From a virus: DNA of 42,173 bases. The position numbers and the translations under genes are program-made. The stretch lies in IMG/VR virus record IMGVR_UViG_3300029927_000113, one strand, 5' to 3'. Below the pieces are notes generated by a model. It did not search any database, was not told where the DNA came from, and was given only the letters and a program-made list of their open reading frames with translations. Positions 17,012 through 23,422 of the stretch are shown in pieces (position 1 is the first letter of the stretch; every line of letters starts with the position of its first letter).

Positions 17012-17154
17012 GTGCTTTGCTCCTCTTTCCAACGCTGTATTGCTTTGCATTGTTTCTTTGATAAATAATGTGCGGCAAAATATGATTTCATATTTGCACC
17101 GCGTAGATACTTCATTCTCTTACTGGCTTTTTCACCTATTTTACGACCCATCAT
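17008..17154 (-). CDS. Small basic hypothetical protein (48 aa)
   Basis: MMGRKIGEKASKRMKYLRGANMKSYFAAHYLSKKQCKAIQRWKEEQST. The ATG overlaps the upstream TGA (ATGA). It ends with the same junction motif seen at two other gene boundaries. Below the track cut-off. Confidence 0.4.
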   Translation of the reverse strand: MMGRKIGEKASKRMKYLRGANMKSYFAAHYLSKKQCKAIQRWKEEQST

Positions 17155-17303
17155 TCTTCCCCTGTGCCGGCACATGAACTACAGGGCTCATTTTCGCATT
17201 CAGGGCATTCGTCGGAGGCATCATTAACCAATCCGCGCCCATCGCATGTATCACAGCATGGGTAAAATTTCCCTGTTCCATCACAATCTGTACATTCACT
17301 CAT
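17151..17303 (-). CDS. DnaJ-type zinc-finger mini-protein (50 aa)
   Basis: MSECTDCDGTGKFYPCCDTCDGRGLVNDASDECPECENEPCSSCAGTGEE carries CxxCxGxG repeats. Starts at an internal Met of the track ORF, ATGA-coupled to the upstream gene. Confidence 0.55.
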   Translation of the reverse strand: MSECTDCDGTGKFYPCCDTCDGRGLVNDASDECPECENEPCSSCAGTGEE

Positions 17304-17536
17304 GCGCTTTGCTCCTTTTTGATCCAGTTGTTGTGCAGTCCTTTGAACCACGCGTATGTATAGAAAAAGCATAGGGTGAATATTCCCCATTGCTCGGCGA
17401 TGTAGGAAGAATAGAACCAGAATGGTTGACCAATTAAACCAAAAATACACGCCCATTTTCTATAGCTATTTCGCTTGTCTTGGCTTAGCCAGATAGCGAT
17501 TACACCGAATATTGCGATACCAATTTGTTCCATCAC
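17300..17536 (-). CDS. Small 3-TM membrane protein
   Basis: 78 aa, hydrophobic and Trp-rich (IAIFGVIAIWLSQ, WACIFGLIGQPFWFY, GIFTLCFFYTYAWF). Translationally coupled on both sides. Confidence 0.6.
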   Translation of the reverse strand: MMEQIGIAIFGVIAIWLSQDKRNSYRKWACIFGLIGQPFWFYSSYIAEQWGIFTLCFFYTYAWFKGLHNNWIKKEQSA

Positions 17537-17814
17537 GCACCGCCTTTCAGGGCTTTATTCCAGTAATACATCACGCGCTTACCTTTTTTGGTCATTGATG
17601 GTGGCTTTCCTCTCGAACTTTTGCCTAGTAATTTAAGCTCTTGGCATATACATGTAGCCGTGTATCCAGTGGAAAAACCTCCCGCAATTTGTAAGAGTGC
17701 TTCAAGAATAACCAGCCTCTTGTCACATTTACCAAAATTAGCATTTCCCCATGCGGTATTTATTTCTTCATCTGATACTCGGTATTCTTCTGGAGTTTCA
17801 TCATTAGTCATCAC
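17533..17814 (-). CDS. Hypothetical early protein
   Basis: 93 aa, ATGA coupling at both ends. No recognisable motif. Confidence 0.6.
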   Translation of the reverse strand: MMTNDETPEEYRVSDEEINTAWGNANFGKCDKRLVILEALLQIAGGFSTGYTATCICQELKLLGKSSRGKPPSMTKKGKRVMYYWNKALKGGA

Positions 17815-18359
17815 GCACCGCCTTTCTGTATATGGGGAGATCCTTCACCACATGTTGGACAATTTCCAAGCCTTGGGTACGGGGCGGCACATGAGGAACA
17901 AAATCCACCTCCAGATTTAATGACAAAATTACGCAGCCGTTTAATTCCATCGCGTAGTTTATCGAAAGCCGGTTGATCTCTTTTTTCCCATTCGGCCTCG
18001 GCTTCATCGATAGACTTACCAGTTACTGCAAGAAAGCGAGTGAAATACCATTCAAAGTTATTTCGCATCAGATTTCTTTCTCTGCGCAATTCTTTTACTT
18101 TATCCTCAAGCGCGTCCTGAGAGGTGAGGGCGGTGCGGATTGTTCTAAATATTTCAGTATGCGGGTGTGCTAACACTTCACCATCTCGTGCTGTATATGC
18201 CATAGCATCTGACATTTTTGAATCTTCGCGTTCCAACCATTCTAAGGCTTGTCTTCGGAAGTTGTTTTGTATTTCCTCTATATCCGCAATGACTTCTTCA
18301 GGATCCAAGCCCTCCATTGTCCAGATGCTCTTGATTTGAGTTAGGTTTTCGTTAGTCAT
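17811..18359 (-). CDS. Hypothetical early protein with C-terminal Cys4 motif
   Basis: 182 aa. C-terminal CSSCAAPYPRLGNCPTCGE. Confidence 0.65.
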   Translation of the reverse strand: MTNENLTQIKSIWTMEGLDPEEVIADIEEIQNNFRRQALEWLEREDSKMSDAMAYTARDGEVLAHPHTEIFRTIRTALTSQDALEDKVKELRRERNLMRNNFEWYFTRFLAVTGKSIDEAEAEWEKRDQPAFDKLRDGIKRLRNFVIKSGGGFCSSCAAPYPRLGNCPTCGEGSPHIQKGGA

Positions 18360-18466
18360 AGTTCAATCCCTGCTTGTACTGCCTTATAGGCGAGGAACCC
18401 CACGATGGTTAATGTGATGACTAGGCAAAAGATTATGGCTGATAAAACGATGATCACTTCCCTCAT
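18356..18466 (-). CDS. 36-aa single-TM peptide
   Basis: MREVIIVLSAIIFCLVITLTIVGFLAYKAVQAGIEL. ATGA overlaps at both the start (18463-18466) and the stop (18356-18359). Below the track cut-off. Confidence 0.45.
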   Translation of the reverse strand: MREVIIVLSAIIFCLVITLTIVGFLAYKAVQAGIEL

Positions 18467-18681
18467 GCGCTTTGCTCCTCAATTGCATATACATGGGTGA
18501 GGGCGTAGCCCCCTGAAATACCATCTAACAACACGCTTGCGCCGCCACGTATGTTGTCCCATGCTTCGCTTTTTGTTTTAGTTACTGTGGCTTTTTGGGA
18601 ACCATCCAAGAGGACAATGACATCTGTGCCTATGGGAATGGCATCATTCCATTCGGTGGCTGTCTCGGCGTAGCATTTCAT
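18463..18681 (-). CDS. Hypothetical early protein
   Basis: 72 aa with a GAAAGGA-type RBS upstream. No motif recognised. Confidence 0.6.
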   Translation of the reverse strand: MKCYAETATEWNDAIPIGTDVIVLLDGSQKATVTKTKSEAWDNIRGGASVLLDGISGGYALTHVYAIEEQSA

Positions 18682-18719
18682 GTCATTGTCCTTTCACTTG
18701 GTTTAATAGGGCGGGGCTG

Positions 18720-18759
18720 ACCAACCACCGTGTGTTTCGGAAATGGTTGGTGGGTTTTT
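18720..18759 (+). terminator. Hairpin + T5 oriented on the + strand inside a minus-strand operon
   Basis: ACCAACCA(18720-18727)...TGGTTGGT(18744-18751) with an inner CCG/CGG pair, then GGGTTTTT. There is no T-run in the minus orientation. Confidence 0.3.
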
Positions 18760-18790
18760 ACTCCTGCACTTCCTATCGCAGCCCCATAAG

Positions 18791-19108
18791 TTAATTAATC
18801 GTGGCGGAGGTCGGGCTATCCTGTGTTTCTGTAACCATGACCTTTCCCAATTCTGTATATTCAAAACCACTTATGCTTTTCTCATAAACTTCTAAAAGCA
18901 AATCTTCCTCTTTGCGTTTTTCGGCATCCATTGCGCGTCGCTTAATAACCTTGTCTATAATTTTTGTATCGAAACCAACACCTTTGGCTTCCGCTCTTAC
19001 TTCCTTAATATCCTCTGTTGTTGCATCGCGCTCTTCGTGCAGCCTCTCTATGCGCTCTACGAAGGAGTGAAGTCTTTGAGCGGCGACCTTATCGGTTGAA
19101 TTATGCAT
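18791..19108 (-). CDS. gapR: GapR-like (DUF2312/UPF0335) DNA-binding protein
   Basis: AAQRLHSFVERIERLHEERDATTEDIKEVRAEAKGVGFDTKIIDKVIKRRAMDAEKRKEEDLLLEVYEKSI matches the DUF2312 consensus along its whole length. Confidence 0.8.
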   Translation of the reverse strand: MHNSTDKVAAQRLHSFVERIERLHEERDATTEDIKEVRAEAKGVGFDTKIIDKVIKRRAMDAEKRKEEDLLLEVYEKSISGFEYTELGKVMVTETQDSPTSATIN

Positions 19109-19442
19109 GCTGTGCCTTTCTAATGTTTTGCTGTAAAAGTGATTTTGGTTGATACGCCCACCGCGTTATGGGTGGCATAAATTGATTGCCTGTGGCGGCA
19201 CAACGCCAAGCGCCAAGTATTCCGAGTTTTAAAATATGATAGTTGCCGTCCAGACTTTGCGCGTATACGGCCTGTCCACGTGTTGGAAGATGGTCATTCG
19301 TGTATCTAAAATGTAAGAACTCAGTATCGATCATCCAGTTCATAATGTTCAGGATGTTTGCACGTAATTCCTTATCAAGAACCGCGCTAGCGCATAAGCG
19401 AGATAGGGTATCGATATGGTCACTTTTTACTGCGTCTGGCAT
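19101..19442 (-). CDS. Hypothetical early protein
   Basis: 113 aa. Overlaps its neighbours by 8 and 16 nt. Confidence 0.6.
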   Translation of the reverse strand: MPDAVKSDHIDTLSRLCASAVLDKELRANILNIMNWMIDTEFLHFRYTNDHLPTRGQAVYAQSLDGNYHILKLGILGAWRCAATGNQFMPPITRWAYQPKSLLQQNIRKAQHA

Positions 19443-19648
19443 GTCAGTACCTCCATCATTTCAATATTTGTTAATTTTTGCTGTTGCATACGCTCAATCT
19501 CTTCATCGCGAAGACGGATCATAAAATCCAAGTCTTTATTCGCATCTTGTAAGGTTAGGACGATTTGTTCGCGTGAGGATGTGTTAACAGTTGACGTAAC
19601 AATCAACTGGAAATCATTACCAATTGCGATGACGTTATTTTCCGACAT
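19427..19648 (-). CDS. Hypothetical early protein
   Basis: Likely starts at MSENNVIAIG (ATG at 19648), preceded by GAAGG and 2 nt after the upstream stop. The track ORF extends to 19690. Confidence 0.55.
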   Translation of the reverse strand: MSENNVIAIGNDFQLIVTSTVNTSSREQIVLTLQDANKDLDFMIRLRDEEIERMQQQKLTNIEMMEVLTCQTQ

Positions 19649-19650
19649 GG

Positions 19651-19914
19651 TCAAGCCTTCTTGAATTTTTGAAGGGACTTGAAACTGCAATATCTGCGTG
19701 TATCGATAAATTGCACCAAATACTGGTCTGGTTTTTCGACCATGCCGCGACGAATGATTTGACGGACAGTGCCGAAATAAATCTCACCGCTATCAGATGT
19801 GAACATCACATCATCACCTACATAAATTTCCTGCGCATTATCATTCGCAAATTCTTCACCCTGTGTATTTGGGGAAATGAATTGTTTTAAGTTTTGATAT
19901 GTATCTTGTTTCAT
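19651..19914 (-). CDS. First gene of the leftward early operon, hypothetical
   Basis: Likely starts at MKQDTYQNLKQ (ATG at 19914) after an AAGGA RBS. The track ORF extends to 19962. Confidence 0.6.
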   Translation of the reverse strand: MKQDTYQNLKQFISPNTQGEEFANDNAQEIYVGDDVMFTSDSGEIYFGTVRQIIRRGMVEKPDQYLVQFIDTRRYCSFKSLQKFKKA

Positions 19915-19950
19915 TTTATTCCTTCGCAGAATTATTCTGTTTATGAAGGG

Positions 19951-19979
19951 ATATTGTCCCAAAATGAGACATTAGTCAA
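19951..19979 (-). promoter_or_regulatory. Candidate leftward early promoter with overlapping operator (PL/OL-like)
   Basis: The minus strand reads TTGACT-AATGTCTCATTTTGGGA-CAATAT (17-nt spacer). 21 of 29 positions are shared with the element at 23439-23467. Confidence 0.45.
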
Positions 19980-20133
19980 TATAAAAAGTCGCATATACGG
20001 ACTCTACGGATTGAGATATTGAAAATATACCGATTACCTGCGGTGTTTAGGGTGTGGGTAGCTGTGCAATTTTATAAAGGGCAGGCGACTTTATGTTCAC
20101 AGACACTATAGAAACCTCTATGCGGTTAATAAA

Positions 20134-20316
20134 TCAATCTGGAAATAGAGAACGGATCAAGCGATAGGGTGATATTTTAATACATACCCGCCTAATATTT
20201 TTACATGCTGCTATAATTATATTACATAAAACAATGAGAAAGATTTTGTTAAATGCGTGCTTTGCAACATCATCAGTCACCGTGCACGTAATATTTTTAA
20301 ACTCAAATTTATTCAT
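20134..20316 (-). CDS. Small hydrophobic hypothetical protein (60 aa)
   Basis: Strong RBS AAAGGAG 5-6 nt upstream of the ATG. MNKFEFKNITCTVTDDVAKHAFNKIFLIVLCNIIIAACKNIRRVCIKISPYRLIRSLFPD. Very AT-rich and isolated in a ~650-bp gene-poor stretch. Confidence 0.35.
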   Translation of the reverse strand: MNKFEFKNITCTVTDDVAKHAFNKIFLIVLCNIIIAACKNIRRVCIKISPYRLIRSLFPD

Positions 20317-20578
20317 TAATACTCCTTTTTGGGCATAGTTTTCCTGTTTGCAAAAACCCCGTTGCTGAGGCTATTACATAGTTTTAATTTCCTATATCAA
20401 AATTCTGATATGGCTAGAATCTACATGATCGTACAAAATATGTCAAACAAGATCGTCGTGTAAACAATTGAAAATAAAGGATTTTTTTATAAACATTTAG
20501 TTTATACCCACACTGTAAGTTAGTGTAGGTGAGTGTTTGCCGAGGTGAAAATTTTACAAATTTACAAAATTATGGCAC

Positions 20579-20598
20579 AAAAAAAACACCCGAAGGTG
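20579..20598 (-). terminator. Short hairpin (CACC-UUCG-GGUG) + U8 after the GNAT gene
   Basis: The minus strand reads CCACCTTCGGGTGTTTTTTTT immediately downstream of the stop at 20621. The stem is only 4 bp. Confidence 0.35.
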
Positions 20599-20620
20599 GT
20601 TTGTGGAGAGTGGGAAGGGT

Positions 20621-21169
20621 TTATTCAGGGATGTAATCGTCTGATTTATCCTCTTCACCTATTACTTTCATGCCGAGTCGCTCATAGAAGGGGACGGAAT
20701 TTACTTTATTTGTATCGCGGGTGTTGAGGTAGACTATTTCATTCTCTTTGAACAGCTCGGCCAGAACAGAAGACACATAGAAGTTACCGAGGCCTTTACC
20801 GCAATGTTCAGGAAACAATCCGACTTTATAAATCTCTGCGGCCACCGCGCCTGATTTTGTATTAAAGTGTCCAGACATGCCCTCACTTTCCAATGCTTGA
20901 CAAAAACCAACAGTTTCATCGCCTTTTTTAAAAAGAAAGAGGCTTGATCTTGTTTTTTCAATCCGGTCTTTTAAATCATTGAGATAGTTAGGGTCATAAT
21001 AAACGGTTCTTTTATCCCACTTTGAATCTTCGCCTACTTTTAAAATGTAATCTAAAAGCATGTTGATATCGGGCTTTTCTCGCACAATACTGAGTTGGCC
21101 GCTTTCGTCCTCAGTTATTCCAGAGAAATCATCTTTAGTCGCGGATATATGTGTAAGCTTAAAGGTCAT
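20621..21169 (-). CDS. GNAT-family N-acetyltransferase
   Basis: VGFCQALE...AAEIYKVGLFPEHCGKGLGNFYVSSVLAELF contains the acetyl-CoA-binding Q/RxxGxG-type loop (HCGKGLG). Likely starts at MTFKLTH, whose ATG overlaps the upstream TGA (ATGA at 21166-21169). Confidence 0.75.
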   Translation of the reverse strand: MTFKLTHISATKDDFSGITEDESGQLSIVREKPDINMLLDYILKVGEDSKWDKRTVYYDPNYLNDLKDRIEKTRSSLFLFKKGDETVGFCQALESEGMSGHFNTKSGAVAAEIYKVGLFPEHCGKGLGNFYVSSVLAELFKENEIVYLNTRDTNKVNSVPFYERLGMKVIGEEDKSDDYIPE

Positions 21170-21801
21170 GCCAAGCTGTCCCAAACAATATTGAATATAA
21201 CAGTTTGTGCGGCAGCCATGCTCTCTCTTGAAATTATTTCAATTCTCAATTCATCACCAAATGTAATGAACGCGACATTCTCACCGAATATATATGTTGA
21301 TACGTTCTTAAAATCTCTGCGCGGCATCCATTTATACTGCGCAAAACTATCTGCTATAGGTTCACCGCCGCGTTCGGCAATAATTCTCATGTTTATATTA
21401 TCTTTAATGTCGCCCATACGTAGTGCGTGATGTTTATACCAATCTTCTCCAAGGTGTTCTATCCATAGAGCCGTCGAGCCGTTTAGGATAAATAAGTCTC
21501 CGCCTCTGCTGCTGGCCACTTCGTATACGCTATCCATCAACGCACGAAAACCATAACGACCATATAGCTTCGTTATTTCATCGCGTGGTTTAAACTCCAT
21601 ACCGCCATACTCTGTCTTGCGTATGCCTTTACTCTCAAAGAGTTTACTTATTTTATCCATAGACGCTTTAGCCAATGATGACTTTCCACTGTCATTATTA
21701 CTTAAATTTGATCGAGAAATCCCTGTTGCGTCTGAAAGGTCTGAAAAATTCATGCGAAGTAGGGCGATGCCCGCTGCAATTTGCTCTTTTGAGTAATCCA
21801 T
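21166..21801 (-). CDS. HTH (XRE-like) N-terminal domain protein with ~150-aa unknown C-terminal domain
   Basis: IAAGIALLRMNFSDLSDATGISRSNLSNNDSG is an HTH. The C-terminal domain is not recognised. Translationally coupled to the GNAT gene. Confidence 0.7.
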   Translation of the reverse strand: MDYSKEQIAAGIALLRMNFSDLSDATGISRSNLSNNDSGKSSLAKASMDKISKLFESKGIRKTEYGGMEFKPRDEITKLYGRYGFRALMDSVYEVASSRGGDLFILNGSTALWIEHLGEDWYKHHALRMGDIKDNINMRIIAERGGEPIADSFAQYKWMPRRDFKNVSTYIFGENVAFITFGDELRIEIISRESMAAAQTVIFNIVWDSLA

Positions 21802-21828
21802 TATTCTTCATCCATTATTTTCTGAGTT

Positions 21829-21857
21829 ATTTATACTCCAAAAGATAATTAAGTCAA
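21829..21857 (-). promoter_or_regulatory. Sigma70-like promoter for the HTH-GNAT operon
   Basis: The minus strand reads TTGACT (21857-21852), a 17-nt spacer, then TATAAA (21834-21829). Confidence 0.45.
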
Positions 21858-21939
21858 TGCATATTTTATCACATATAATACATTTATAATATACAATGGT
21901 ATATATTTTACTGATATTAATAAAATTTGCACTATTTCC

Positions 21940-21969
21940 TTGACATAATCCCGTCACATTCACTATACA
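21940..21969 (+). promoter_or_regulatory. Sigma70-like promoter for the small + strand ORF
   Basis: TTGACA (21940-21945), an 18-nt spacer, then TATACA (21964-21969). Confidence 0.35.
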
Positions 21970-22070
21970 TAGCTCATCGCATAACTGATTATGCAAAACA
22001 CTAGAAGACTTTAAGTGTGTTGGAGGAGGTCTGAAAATCTCCATAAAAACAATAAAAACAGGAGATTATT

Positions 22071-22244
22071 ATGAACCAGAATAAAAAGATAAATATTGAT
22101 AAGAGTGATTTGGATTTAGAGGCATTGCAGCGTGTATATGATTTTTTTCACAAAATGGCACTTTATCGCCGCGCTGCGAATGACTCTGAAATTGCAGCAA
22201 TAGAAAAATTAAAGGAAGAATACACGGATATCATAAGCGATTAA
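22071..22244 (+). CDS. Small hypothetical protein (57 aa), divergent from the HTH-GNAT operon
   Basis: AGGAG RBS at 22060-22064. MNQNKKINIDKSDLDLEALQRVYDFFHKMALYRRAANDSEIAAIEKLKEEYTDIISD. Followed by a strong terminator. Below the track cut-off. Confidence 0.5.
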   Translation: MNQNKKINIDKSDLDLEALQRVYDFFHKMALYRRAANDSEIAAIEKLKEEYTDIISD

Positions 22245-22291
22245 TAGACTTTTTAGAAGCAAAGTCCCACAGCGATGCTTTTAAACTACTG

Positions 22292-22340
22292 CCGTTCTGA
22301 TCGTCACCCCCACACACATTGGCGATCAGGGCGGTTTTTT
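22292..22340 (+). terminator. Rho-independent terminator
   Basis: 12-bp stem CCGTTCTGATCG / CGATCAGGGCGG (two G-U pairs), a 19-nt loop, then T6. Confidence 0.6.
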
Positions 22341-23004
22341 ATTTCCAATTACAGGTTTTTTTCAGTGGAATTAATGCTTCGCTTAAGCCTGTTGTATCAA
22401 AGATAGCAGTAATGGGTGACTCGGAATAAGGCGTAACTTGTGCCAATAATTTATTATATTTTTCCATTTGCTTAATGAACGCAATGGTTCCAGTTGGGTG
22501 AAATGTTGCTTTAGAATCCGTGGATACCGACCATCTTTTAGTACGTGCTTTCTCATTACCAATTCTAGTGAGCACATCAACATTACGCCCCAGAAAATCA
22601 TGCCATGTTAACATTAGTTCTGTCTTGTTACTCTTACAGCGGATTAGCATGGTTACAATGTCGTCACGTCTGGACTTACCACTATCAGCTTTTAAGTGAA
22701 GATAAACCGATTGTGAATCGTCAATTGGATTACTCTTTTCGTTAACGCTCCATTTGCTAGGCTTTGGTGGCTCCATTCCAACTAGAGCTTGCCAGTTATC
22801 ATCTTTTTGTATCGCGTTTACTGTGGTGTTAACTGTTTGGGGTTTATCTAGTTTATTATCCTCGGCAAGAGTATCGTAACATTCCAGTCTTTCTAGATCA
22901 CCTTCTAGGATTGCGCATGTGGCAACTGAATGTTTTAATTCTGCGGCATTTACGGGCAGGGAGGCCAACATTGCAATGAAAGTGATTGCATAATTTTTTT
23001 TCAT
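22339..23004 (-). CDS. Secreted/periplasmic protein with four conserved-looking Cys (moron downstream of the repressor gene)
   Basis: Signal peptide MKKNYAITFIAMLASLPVNA|AE. ATCAILEGDLERLECYD motif, and a C-terminal ...LIPLKKTCNWK. Lies 13 nt downstream of the cI-like gene on the same strand. Confidence 0.7.
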   Translation of the reverse strand: MKKNYAITFIAMLASLPVNAAELKHSVATCAILEGDLERLECYDTLAEDNKLDKPQTVNTTVNAIQKDDNWQALVGMEPPKPSKWSVNEKSNPIDDSQSVYLHLKADSGKSRRDDIVTMLIRCKSNKTELMLTWHDFLGRNVDVLTRIGNEKARTKRWSVSTDSKATFHPTGTIAFIKQMEKYNKLLAQVTPYSESPITAIFDTTGLSEALIPLKKTCNWK

Positions 23005-23017
23005 AAGACTTATAGCT

Positions 23018-23389
23018 CTATTTTGATTTCAGTTTATTCTTACGGCTCTGTATGTTTTTAAGATCTCGTGTGAAATTTGCGAGTTCTTCTTTGTAAACAT
23101 CATCAAAACCTTGCCACGCACTTTGAATTTGTTCAAACGCTTCATCGACTTCACTATTTTTTCTCATATTACCATTGCCTGAAATAAGCCATTTCTCTTC
23201 AACATCAATAAACTCACAGAATTTATTCTGATATTTCTGAGGCATTGGCCTATCTATTTCGTACGCTGTATAGGTATTTCTTGCGACGCCAATATAGTCA
23301 GCAACTTGCTTTTGATCAAAGCTAGTGCTGGCTCTGGCTTTCTTGGTACGAGCTATATATTCAATTTGGCGATCCGATAAACTATTCAT
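23018..23389 (-). CDS. CI-like repressor (HTH only, no S24 peptidase domain)
   Basis: FDQKQVADYIGVARNTYTAYEIDRPMP is an HTH, followed by EEKWLISGNG. 123 aa. Divergent from the Cro-like gene. Confidence 0.7.
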   Translation of the reverse strand: MNSLSDRQIEYIARTKKARASTSFDQKQVADYIGVARNTYTAYEIDRPMPQKYQNKFCEFIDVEEKWLISGNGNMRKNSEVDEAFEQIQSAWQGFDDVYKEELANFTRDLKNIQSRKNKLKSK

Positions 23390-23422
23390 AATTCTATAAT
23401 CTTATTTTCTGACACGATTGTC

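Noticed and set aside
16997-17050. N-terminal extension of the PrtN-like ORF (track start 17050)
   Set aside because: The extension overlaps a better-supported, ATGA-coupled 48-aa ORF in another frame. A GTG at 17011 with a GGAG RBS reproduces the junction cassette used elsewhere in the operon, and PrtN-family similarity begins only after that point.
17300-17536. 78-aa Trp-rich 3-TM protein considered as a PnuC-type nicotinamide riboside transporter fragment
   Set aside because: It is far too short for a PnuC transporter and I only see vague W-spacing similarity. It is kept as a hypothetical membrane protein.
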